From assembly GCA_043228905.1 (NCBI GenBank), contig JBHGNT010000718.1, positions 1 to 16,832 of the forward strand: a DNA stretch of 16,832 nt. Direction: 5' to 3'. The notes under the pieces are model-generated. The model was given only the letters and a program-made list of their open reading frames with translations. It ran no database searches and was not told where the DNA came from. The position numbers and the translations under genes were made by a program. Origin of the DNA: Azolla caroliniana (Eukaryota; Plantae; Polypodiophyta). Shown one piece after another: positions 1 to 9,871 of this stretch; the stretch's first letter is position 1; the number at the start of each line of letters is the position of its first letter.

Positions 1-32
1 GCTTGGCCCTCAGTTGATTCGGCGTATCCGAA

Positions 33-1658
33 TCAAGCATATGAACCGACTCGGCTTCCTCCGATCGGTTTTCGCTTTCGTCCGAGTTGGCTGTCTCCAA
101 CTCGTCTTCGTTCTTCTCTCCCTTGATGGCTTCGGCTCTTTCTTTCGATTTCTCCCTTGATGGCTTCGGCAGATCCGCGCTTGGCTTCTTCAGCCGATCC
201 GAAATCGAATTCGTCATCTGACTCGGCATCGTGGTCTTCCGGAACTTCTGTCCCCCTTCTGTCTTTATTCGGAATGTCTCTCCCCCTCAAGTTCGGCACG
301 CCGAGGTGACGCAACCCAAGCGCACTCAAGAATTGCCGCAACTTGTCCAAACCAAGAGGCTTGGTGAAGATGTCGGCGGTTTGCCGATCCGTCGGAACAT
401 ACTGAAGTTCGACTTCACCAGAGAGGACACGCTCACGGACGAAATGGTAGTGCAACTCAATGTGCTTAGTCTGGGCATGGAAGATGGGGTTCTTTCCTAG
501 CTCGATGTTGCTGAGGTTGTCGCAGTAGATTGTCGTTGGATCGGATACCTCCACCTGCAGATCCTTAAGTAGCCGCTTCAACCATATGTCTTCGCATGTC
601 GCGACAACCGCTCCTCTATACTCAGCTTCGGTGCTCAACAACACAACGGTCGGCTGCTTCTTGCTACTCCACACGATCACGACACTCCCAAGAGAGAACG
701 CGAAACCGGGCGTGGATCAGCGATCAACGACGTTGTCGGCCCAGTCGGCATCAGTGTAGCTGACCAACTGCTGTGTTGTATCAGTCCGAGATAGTAGCCC
801 CTGGTCCTTAGTGCCGCTTATGTACCTCAGTACGTGTTGCACACACTAAAGATGCTCCTCGGTAGGTCGCGCCATAAACTGAGTAATCACCCCAACCGGG
901 TAGCTGAGATCTGGTCGGGTGATGGTCAAGTATATAAGGCTTCCGACTATCTGTCAGAACCTCGTCGGGTCACATACCTTTCCGGAATCGGGGTGAAGCT
1001 TGACAATTCTATCCAAAGGAGTCGAAACAGACTTACAATCGACCATCCTGAATTTGAAGAGCATACTCAGCACATAATGCCGTTGGCTGATCAGTATGCC
1101 TTCGGGAGTGCGGATCACTTCGATCCCGAGGAAGTAATGAAGGTCCCCCAGATCCTTCATGTTGAATGATGCTGCAAGCTGGAAGTTCACGCAGTCAATC
1201 TCACCTAGGTTGGCGTCGGTGATAACCAAGTCATCAACATAAAGTAAAATTCAAACTGGCTCAAGTCGACCTTTTCGGATGAACAGTGAGGAGTCCGATT
1301 TTGACGTCGCAAAGCTCATCCGACGCAATCGTTCCATGATATTCGCGTTCCAGGCACGCGGGGCTTGCTTTAGTCCGTAAAGGGAGTTCTTAAACCGGCA
1401 CACCGCCGAGGTGTTCGTTCCGGAGTGAAATCCGGGGGGTTGTACCATGTAGACCTGTTCCTCAAGCTCACCTTGCAAGAACACATTCTTTACATCCATC
1501 TGAAGTAAGTGCCCCCCCTTCGCCACAGCTACTGCCAGCAGAACACGCACGGTAGTCATCTTTGCGACAAGTGCGAAGGTCTCGTCGTAGTCCACATTGT
1601 GCTTCTACGTGTAGCCTTTTGCTACTAATCGGGCCTTGTAGTGTTGTACTTGACCTTG
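33..1658 (-). pseudogene. pol: Copia pol, 3' part: reverse transcriptase (RVT_2) and Ty1-type RNase H
   Basis: YKARLVAKGY, QMDVKNVFLQG, SLYGLKQAPRAW, LLYVDDLVIT (YVDD at 1230-1241), MKDLGDLHYFLGIE, YTDADWA, WSSKKQPTV..STEAEY, YCDN, TKHIELHYHF, ADIFTKPL. Broken by stops and frameshifts. Confidence 0.95.
1654..1658. repeat. Target site duplication CCTTG (partner 5929-5933)
   Basis: Identical 5-mer flanks both LTRs; removing the element restores the copia RT sequence. Confidence 0.95.
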
Positions 1659-2116
1659 TGTTAATCCTAGGGCCGGACAACAGCCTAACGCAGGGTGTCC
1701 ACTTAAGACACTTCACCAAAGGGTGTTATGGCAAGATGACTTACAACGCAATGCTTAATTAGACCTTAATCGATACTTCGCAATACATCAGTAACACGCG
1801 TAAGATATACAATAAGCACAGAACGGTAATCAATACTGAAGGATTAAGGCCATAAGTTCTATTAATTATCCGCTGTCGATTACATTGTAACCGGGCCTTT
1901 ATATAGGTCTCTAGTGCAAAGTACAAAACGGTGCCAACCGGCACCTTTTCGGGATCGGTCCGGATCCGGATCGGCATACCCATTCTGGTTCGTCCGTCCA
2001 CATCTTCTCATATATTAATATATATTAAGACTAATAATTACAACAGTTCCCAAATAAACTATTCCTTTCACACTCGGGTTTGGACCTCCTTAAGCCTTCT
2101 TGCCAGCCGGGTAACA
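1659..2116 (-). repeat. 3' LTR of element B
   Basis: TGTTA..TAACA termini. About 17 substitutions plus 1 indel versus 5470-5928 (hand count). Minus-strand TATA CCTATATAAAGG at 1896-1907. Confidence 0.97.
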
Positions 2117-2118
2117 CA

Positions 2119-2135
2119 TGACACGCCCGTGGGAC
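2119..2135 (+). promoter_or_regulatory. Antisense PBS-like motif (tRNA-Arg complement) at the position where a PPT is expected
   Basis: TGACACGCCCGTGGGAC, 2 nt from the LTR. Copy E has TGGCACGCCCGTGGGAC. Resembles the tRNA-Arg PBS TGGCACGCCCAGTGGGAC (recalled). Confidence 0.7.
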
Positions 2136-2170
2136 AATACCTTGTACGTCGAACCCATTATCCGGCCCTT

Positions 2171-3126
2171 TTACGCTTCGTCCAAAATGTCCAGAATGCT
2201 TTGCTCCAGAATTTCCAATGGCTCGTCGGGAATCTGTTGTTGCTGTTGTGGCTGTTGTTTCGTTTGTGGCTGTGGCTGCTCCGTTTGTGCCTTCTCTGTT
2301 TGGGGTTGCGGCTCCGTTTGTCGCTCTGGCACCGACATTTCCTTCGTTGGTTCCTCCGTCGGAGTTGTCTCTGGCTGACTGACCCCGACCTGGTCCCCGT
2401 CTGGTCCTTGTACCGACGACGGTTCCTCCTCACTAAGGTTGACCATTGCCGCCTTCCTCGCTTTTTGGTCTGGACGGGCTCAACCGGTGGCGCCAATAGG
2501 GTGAGCCATTGCGTCACTGCATGCCATATTTTCCGTCCTTCCTTGCCGTCCTTTCCTCTTACGATATCAATAGTCGTACACAACCCGTCGGCGATCAGCA
2601 CTGGCCAATCCACCTTGGGCCCTTCGTACGTCGCGATAATCAAGCCTGCTCGGTTCTGAGGCATAACGGGGGGTCGAGGGTATACGTGGCCGAACTCATG
2701 GAGTACACGGGCAATTTCGCAGAATAACATGTCTTCGCCGCCCTGTGTCCTGCAGCCTTTGCTGGCGAAAGAATACTCACCGAAATATTTGATGAGCTGC
2801 TCGGAGGTAGGATTGTCGATCATGTAGATGCCCCCCTCTAAAAGGCCTGTTAACGCACGGATCGCCTCCTCTGTGATCACCTCTATGTCGATTTCTTTGA
2901 TAATCTTCTCGACCTCCTTGTGTGGCGCCGCCTCCATGATCGTCAAGAAACCCTCCAGCCCGTGTTGCCGCAGCCATTTCTTGGTGGCTTCAGACAGTGT
3001 TTGGCAGTCCATCTCTGTGTCGAGGTCAGAGAGCGTTGGTGAGGTTTGATGGTGGGGAGAGTGTGAGAGAGAAAGTTCTGAGTGAGGGGGTTCTCTGTGC
3101 GCGAGCTCTCTTCGATTGATCTTCAC
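2171..3126 (-). pseudogene. Extra 3' ORF of element B (plant-mobile-domain/Transposase_32-like N-terminus, Q/P/E-rich tail), internally deleted
   Basis: Long ORF WLRQHGLEGFL...ITEEAIRALTGL...VDWPVLI. Frame switch at ~2451 into VNLSEEEP...QPQ...LEILEQ, homologous to the tail of element E's ORF. Domain assignment is tentative. Confidence 0.65.
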
Positions 3127-3486
3127 GCGTCTGTTCTCCTTGGTTCGCGAAAGAAGAAGGTCTCGATGCGTAGGGGTTTTTCTCTCTGCATCTTGGCGCC
3201 TTTTTCGAGCCTACTTGTGTGCAGGTTGTGTACTATAATAGCATTTCGTGCCCTGTGGCGGTGGTTTAATGTCCTATTCATAGCCTCGTCGTACCTTTTC
3301 GACGTGCCTCTTTATTCCTCATTTGCATGGCCGTTTCCACCACTCCTTTCCATGATTCGCTTGTTTTGTTTTTTTTTTTTTTGTAATAATTAATTGTGTG
3401 CTTAATTTTTCTCCGGTCATGTCGGACCCTTACCCAAAACGCGCACCTTGCCAGCCTCTTGACGGTTTTCCCTCGTTTTGCTTTCC

Positions 3487-3988
3487 TCAGTTGCCCAACT
3501 CGTGGTCCTCCTTACCGGCTTGGTGGTAGTTGTTTTCCTCACGGGTTGCCGTCGTGGTTGGCCTGCCGGCATCTGATTCGGTGGCGGCCCTTTGTTCAAC
3601 TGGGTTCTTGGGCATAGGTCCTTTGTATGGCTTTAGTCTAAATCCGTTGACCCATTTACCCAGCACCTCGCCGGAAAGTGTCCCTAACTAGTAAGACCCA
3701 TTGAACCCGCGTGTGATCCATTACGGTCCGGTCCATCTAAACCGTAGTTTGCTTGGCATTTTACCCATCCGGGTTTGGAACACTAGTACCGGCTTGCCGA
3801 TTTCGAACATCTTTTCGTTTCCCTTCCGATGCCAATCTACAAACGCTTTTCGTCGCCGTTGTTCCAATTCCAGGTGCATGATGCTCGTCAGTCGGTGTTC
3901 TTCTAGTTCACATAGAGCCTTTAACCAAATTGCCTCTGATTCCTTTTCATTGAGTCGTTCCCGAATCTGAATCCATAAGCTCGGTACC
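3487..3988 (-). pseudogene. pol: C-terminal remnant of gypsy integrase (GPY/F module), no chromodomain
   Basis: Manual translation (not in ORF track): VPSLWIQIRERL...FEIGKPVLVF...KLRFRWTGP*W...GSY*LGTLSG...VNGFRLKPY. Confidence 0.88.
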
Positions 3989-5414
3989 TGTCATATCTCT
4001 TGTACCGGTCATAGTTGTCTCGCTGATCGTCGTACCGGACATCTTGTGTCGGTCGATATCGCTCCTCTCGCCGCCAACGTTCATCTTCTTCGTCTCGGTT
4101 GCTATGTGGCTCAATTTGCCAGATTGGTGGTGCTTGCCGATTCAATAAGTTATATTCGCACCGGTCCATCGTGTGGCTCGTAGAATGACAGAGTAAGCAG
4201 TGCGTCCGCATGGTGCACTCCAGTGACGAGTGTCCGGAATTCAAGTAGGTCGTGCATTGGATTGCTTGCTGGAAACGGAGATCCTCATCTGTTGGTAACG
4301 CTCGTTGGAGGGCTCCCATTGTTAGCCAAGAGCTCGTTTTTTCCATTTCTCTAATCCGGTCGATGACCTAGTCCACGGTGCTTGTGCGAAAGTCGATGAC
4401 CATGCATACCATTCGTAGAGGTTCCCGGAGCGCGGCTAAAAATATAGCCTGTGTTTCTTCCTCCGGAGGTGCGCAGGTAAGCCGACTGTGCATCCGTTGA
4501 AACCGGATGACAAACTGCGGAATGCTCTCCCCGGGGTCCTACTGGATGGTATAAAATAGGCCCACCATTTCTCTCTGGTCCACCTCCATCTAAAAGAAGT
4601 GCAAGAATTTATCTTTTAGGTCCGCAAAGGTGGTGATGGTGCTGGGGTCCTACATCCGGTGCCATCTGGCGGCCGGTCCTTCCAGTGTCACGCCGAATTC
4701 GGCTATCTTAGATCGTTCCTCTTCCGCTGCGGTTAACCGTTGTGACACATGGTTCGCCTCCCACGTTTGTTGAAACGCATGAACATGAGCCTCCGTGTCC
4801 GGGTCATCCCTATACTTGGAGTACTGGAACGGCATATCGTCGTCCGGTGTCGATACGCGGGCTGGCGGTGTCGGTGGTCTTTCCTGCTGTTTCGTCGCCA
4901 TTGGAGGTCTTTGTCGGTCTTCCCTTGGTGTTTCTGGCTCGACTTCCATTGTCGGAGGTCTTTCTTTGTCTTCTTCCGTCTCCGGAGGTTGCTCCACTTC
5001 TAGTGCCGGAGGTTCCTGGTCTGCCAACTCTGGTTCCGGTGTCGGTATTGTATCCCACTCCTCGTCCTCCGGTCCTCCTGGGGTGTCGTTACTGTTGCGA
5101 TAGTTCATGTGCGCACTGTAACCCCCTTCCAAATCCGATTCCAGCGCTAAAAATGCTTCGGATTCACCGTCTCTTCCCGCCAAGGCTTGGAGAAGGGATT
5201 CTGCTTCTCGGAGGCTACTTAAGTTGCTTCCTTCGTCCAGGTAGGCGTCTTGTTGCAGACGGAGCGACACCTCCGCCACTTTCCGAATCACTTTGGAAAA
5301 TGATCGATCCGATCGGATTTCTTCCGCTACTTGCTGGAAAGCCTCTCGCCGCCTTCACCGTTCAGCAAGTCTTCGTGCTCTCTCCGTAACCGGGTCGTTT
5401 GTTGGCCTAGTCAT
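3989..5414 (-). pseudogene. gag: Gypsy gag (Retrotrans_gag-like core plus two CCHC zinc knuckles)
   Basis: Single frame from ATG 5414 with internal stops: AHVHAF, FGVTLEGPAARW, TFADLKDKF, GESIPQFVIRF. Knuckles CTT(Y)LNSGHSSLEC and CLLCHSTSHTMDRC at 4158-4256. Confidence 0.9.
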
Positions 5415-5452
5415 CCATTCCCGCCGTTGTTCATTGCGATTGTGCAGGAATC

Positions 5453-5462
5453 GTGGTCGCCA
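5453..5462 (-). promoter_or_regulatory. Primer binding site of element B, tRNA-Arg type
   Basis: TGGCGACCAC on the minus strand, 7 nt (CAATTTT) inside the 5' LTR and upstream of gag. Confidence 0.7.
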
Positions 5463-5469
5463 AAAATTG

Positions 5470-5928
5470 TGTTAATCCTAGGGCTGGACAACAGCCTAAC
5501 ACAGGGTGTCCACTTAAGACACTTCACCAAAGGGTGTTATGGCAAGATGACTTACGACGCAACGCTTAATTAGACCTTAATCGATTACTTAGCAATACAT
5601 CAGTAACACGCGTAAGATATACAATAAGCACAGAACGGTAATCAATACTGAAGGATTAAGGCAATAAGTTCTATTAATTATCCGCTGTCGATTACATTGT
5701 AACCGGGCCTTTATATAGGTCTCCGGTGCAAAGTACAAAACGGTGCCAACCGGCACCTTTTCGGGATTGGTCCGGATCCGGATCGGCATACCAATTCTGG
5801 TCCGTCCGTCCACATCTTCTCATATATTAATATATATTAAGACTAATAATTACAACAGTTCCCGAATAAACTATTCCTTTCACACTCTGGTCCGGACCTC
5901 CTTAAGCCTTCTTGCCAACCAGGTAACA
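5470..5928 (-). repeat. 5' LTR of element B
   Basis: Direct repeat of 1659-2116; TATA at 5708-5719 on the minus strand. Confidence 0.97.
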
Positions 5929-7830
5929 CCTTGTACACCCACCTACATCCGATCGGCTTCACACCTTTCGGTGCGTCAACCAAGTCGCATGTTTCATTTT
6001 CGGCCAATGCGCGCATCTCTTCCTCCATTGCGGCATGCCAATTCGCGTCTTTCGCCGCTTCTGCGTAGCTCTCCGCCTCACGCACTTCCGCTACACCGGT
6101 GATGTACACATAGTGATGTGCCATGTACTCATTGTATCCGAACTGCACAACAAGGTTCTTCTAGCGGGTAGATCGGTGTAATTGCTCATTAGCCGATGTT
6201 GAGGCTTTCTTGGCCGATGCGGACTTCGCTCTCGAAGACCGGTCATCACTTCCCTGGGAGTCAGACTAGTGTTGATCCGACTCGTTCCTCTACGTGCCGT
6301 AATCTGACACCTTCTTCTTCCCTTTTTCCTTGCGCGTAAGCCGTCTCCTCTGCTTCCTGCGCGGGGATGCACAACCGAGTCTCCATTATTCGCCGGCTCT
6401 TCTTCGGACTGGACAAACCGACTCAGTCGTCCATTCGGTCCACTTAACTGAAACGAGATCGGACTCTCTTTGAGGGTCTCGATTTCACCCTCATTCGGAG
6501 GCACTTCAGCCTCACTGATCTCATCATCAGAGCTCGAATTGGAGTTGAGGTCCGGAGTCAGAGGCAAGTACTAGGACACAGACTCGTCAAACACAACATC
6601 ATGGCTCACGCGAGCTTGTTTGGTTCGGGGGTTACCCTTTTGTTCGTCCGAATAGCCGACTAAGATACACTTCTCAGCTTTCGCGTCCAACTTCCTTCAT
6701 TTCTCCTTCAGCACGTGCACATATGCAATGCTACCAAAAACTCTCAAGTGTCGTAGATTCGGCTTTCTTCCGAAGTACAACTCATGCGTCGACATTTTGT
6801 CTCCGACCCGATTCTGGATGTAGACCGCGGTTCGTACCGCCTCGGCCCAATAGAACTTGGGGAAGCTCTTTTCTTCCACCATTGCCCACGCCGCTTCCAC
6901 AATCGACCAATTTTTCCTTTTGGTCACGCCGTTTTGCTCCAGCGTATATCTGCAACTGAATTCGCGATGAATTCCCATCTGTTGCAGATACCCGTTGAAT
7001 TGACCGGAATAGTACTCTTTTCCGCCATCCGACCGCAGACACATGATCTTTCTTCCTGTTTCCCTTTCGTTGAAACTCTTGAGGTCCCGGAAATAGTTGA
7101 AGACTTCACTCTTCTTCTCAATGAGGTAGATCCACATGTGCCGCGTATACTCGTCAATGAAGGAGACAAAATACCAACTCCTGCGAAGACTAACGTTCTG
7201 TGTCGGTCCCCATACATTGGAATGTATCAAGTCGAGCTTGTTCTGGCTTTAGTTACACTCGTTAGAGAAAGGAAGTCGGTGTTGCTTCCCTAGCTAGCAA
7301 GCTTCACAAATTTCTGCCTTCTAACCACTAAACTTGGGCAATCCGAACATCACCTGTTTCGATTGCAGATCCTGAAGTTGTTGATAGTTGACATGGCCTA
7401 TCTGCTTGTGCCATAAGTCGATATCCGACTCGACTTTTTGTCCTTTCGCGAACATTGCGGTGCCACCGTCACTAGAGTCGAGGATAAACATCATCCCGTC
7501 TCTACGCCCTTCCACAATAACTCGGCCTTCTTCCTCGATGAAGCACCCGAGATGCGTGAACCGGACTTGCATCCCCTGGTCGACGATCTACCCGACCGAC
7601 ACCAAATTATTCGTGATTTTCGGGACGTGTAGCACGTTCATGAGTTTCCCTTTTTGCCCGACATGGCTCAGGGGAACTTCAACGACATTCGCGATCGGAT
7701 GCGGAGTGTCATCTCCGGTTGTGACTACTCCCGGTTGCATCGATTTCTCAAGGTATGAGAACCACTCCTTATGGCATGTCACGTGGTTTGATGCACCGGA
7801 CTTGACGTATCACACCTCGTCTGATTTCGG
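5929..7830 (-). pseudogene. pol: Copia pol, 5' part: protease, GAG-pre-integrase, integrase core and C-terminus, linker, RT start
   Basis: *YVKSGASNH (decayed WYVDSGASNH), LWHKQIGH..CEAC, IHSNVWGP, FIDEYTR, LRSDGGKEY, QNGVTKRKN, YWAEAV, KLDAKAEKCILVGY, WHAAMEEEM..GCRWVYKV. Confidence 0.94.
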
Positions 7831-9225
7831 GGTGGACTTATTCATCGAGTTCACTTTGTGTCTTGTCACGAAGGCTGACCCTTTTCCAGTTTTTCCAGAT
7901 CCTTCAGCGTAGTGCGATCCGGTCCTCTCCGAATCGGCGCGCTTCTTCCAGCACTTGCTCTCCTTGTGGCCTTTCCTGCCATAGTACCAGCATTAGGCGG
8001 CGGATTTCCTTTGTTGGTTCTCGTCGCCTCGACTCCCCCTATTTCTGGAGGGTCCGGAATTGCTGTCGGCATCACATCGGTGCCTTCTTCCTTAATCCCG
8101 TTGGCCGCCTCCATTGCGCACCGACTCGCCTCGTCCGCCACAACCACAGGGCCTATCTCCCTCCATATACAACATCTTGTTGTCGGCATGTGTGCTCGTC
8201 GACGCACCCACATGGTTCTTCTCTATAAGGACCATCGACTATAGCTCGAAACCGACTCGACTTTTTGTCCTTTCGCGAACATTGCGGTGCCACCATCACT
8301 AGAGTCGAGGATAAACATCATCCCGTCTCTACGCCCTTGCACAATAACTCAGCCTTCTTCCTCGATGAAGCACCCGAGATGCGTGAACTGGACTTGCATC
8401 CCCTGGTCGACGATCTAACCGACCGACACCAAATTATTCGTGATTGTCGGGACGTGTAGCACGTTCATGAGTTTCCCTTCTGCCCGACATGGCTCAGGGG
8501 AACTTCAACGACATTCGCAATCGGATGCGGAGTGTCATCTCCGGTTGTGACTACTCCCAGTTGCATCGATTTCTCAAGGTATGAGAACCACCACGGGGCC
8601 TATCTCCCTCCCTATACAACATCTTGTTGTCGGCATGTGTGCTCGTCGACGCACCCACATGGTTCTTCTCTATAAGGACCATCGACTATAGGTTGAAAAA
8701 CGACGACATATTCTCCTAGGTAAACACAGCAATTCGGAACACTCCAAACTTCGACGCTAGTCCCCCGAGACAGATCTGCACCATCTTGCCTTCCTCGACG
8801 TTCACATCGATAGAGGCCAAGGAGTCGCATATCTCTTTGATTATCGTGGTGTAATCAGCCACCGACAAGTCGCGTTGTTGTACGTTTCTCAGCTCCTCTC
8901 GGAGTTGAAGCTTCCTGGTTGTGGTGCTTGTGGCGAAAATCTTCTTCAGATTTCCCCAAGCATCCTTCGGCGATTTCACATCCCAAATATAGCTCAAAAG
9001 TTGTTTGCCCACACAAGACGGGAAGCAATAGAGGATTCTGCTCACTGACTATTCCCAACCCGGGAAGTCTTTGTGTGTTGAATCGGGTGCTGTGTCATTT
9101 GCTCCGTCGCTATAGCTCCAATAATCGTGCCCGAGCACGTACTGGTGCATCTTGTAAGACCAAGACGCGTAGTTCTTTCTGTCGAGCTTCTCTGTTGGAA
9201 GCGTACTAGCCATGCCTCTATCCAT
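7831..9225 (-). pseudogene. gag: Copia gag (DUF4219-like start, UBN2/Retrotran_gag_2, zinc knuckle), disrupted by internal duplication
   Basis: EKLDRKNYASW, SPKDAWGNLKKIF, LSVADY..IKEICDSL, ICLGGL, CWYYGRKGHKESKC. Confidence 0.9.
8252..8698. repeat. Tandem duplication of 7425-8251 with a ~380-bp internal deletion
   Basis: 8252-8591 matches 7425-7765; 8590-8698 matches 8143-8251. Confidence 0.93.
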
Positions 9226-9303
9226 TTTGTTTTTCCTATTCCTTGCGAAGGTTAGGTTTTCTTCTTTGAGCTAAGGTCGGCTATAGAGGTTCTCAACCCT
9301 CGC

Positions 9304-9315
9304 GCTCTGATACCA
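9304..9315 (-). promoter_or_regulatory. Copia PBS complementary to tRNA-iMet
   Basis: TGGTATCAGAGC on the minus strand, adjacent to the LTR. Confidence 0.95.
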
Positions 9316-9717
9316 AGTAAAAAGAATAGCGTGCGGAAGCGATAGAAAACCGAACATAGAACCGCAGGTTTAATGGAGATCTTGAATATAGATAGTACAC
9401 GGGAGAGAGACAGAGAGAGAGAGAGAGTACACACAACCTCAATTCAAAAATAATACTCAATCTATACATAGAATGTGCAAAGTGAGCAGTTTTATACAAG
9501 TCTATACGGACTGGCAGAAGTATTGAGACGTACTTCAATGCTCATAAATGAGCTCTACACTAACTCCCAAAATATATTCCTATGCGGAATATCTTTCCAA
9601 CGGCCTCGCGGTTTACGCACCGCTACGGCTTCTCGTTGCATACCAGTTTGCGCACCCGGTTTACGCACCGGTCCAGCCTAACCGATCGATCCCAACCGAT
9701 CCGGTTCTCGGCTTACA
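9316..9717 (-). repeat. Putative 5' LTR of copia element A
   Basis: (A)GTAA...TTACA termini with one terminal base mutated. Minus-strand TATAAAA at 9490-9496. GA microsatellite ~9402-9427. Partner LTR is outside the window, so the outer boundary is inferred. Confidence 0.72.
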
Positions 9718-9871
9718 CAACCGATTTGGCCAATGTTCAGCTTGTATCTCAACAAGTATGTGTATTGGCTCAGACTCTTCGAATATCTTCCCGGAAGCTA
9801 TGGGACGTCCATCAATCACTACTACAGAAACTGGGCAAGGAAGTGTATGCAAGGATATTTGATGTTTTTGG

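Larger units (their letters stand above)
1659..5928 (-). mobile_element. Element B: non-autonomous Ty3/gypsy non-chromovirus (Tat/Athila-like) LTR element nested in copia RT
   Basis: Two ~458-bp direct repeats with TGTTA...TAACA ends and 5-bp TSD CCTTG (1654-1658, 5929-5933). Contains gag with two zinc knuckles, an integrase GPY/F remnant and an extra 3' ORF. Confidence 0.95.
1..9717 (-). mobile_element. Element A: degenerate Ty1/copia LTR retrotransposon (3' end beyond window start; interrupted by element B at 1659-5928)
   Basis: Minus-strand domain order LTR-PBS-gag-PR-IN-RT-RNaseH is the copia order. Many stops and frameshifts. RT motif GCRWVYKV|KY continues across the insertion. Confidence 0.96.

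Noticed and set aside
1759-2001. Duplicated small ORF (also 5589-5813)
   Set aside because: Lies within the LTRs; duplication is explained by LTR identity.
2010-2023. Perfect AT palindrome in LTR B
   Set aside because: Low complexity and absent from related LTR E.
3361-3382. Poly(T) as a LINE/SINE tail or terminator
   Set aside because: No TSD or body; it is an A-rich spacer between integrase and the extra ORF.
1659-5928. Element B simply oriented on the plus strand
   Set aside because: TATA, gag, IN and the extra ORF are all minus strand, and there is no plus-strand PPT at 5450-5469; kept only as an alternative in the top finding.
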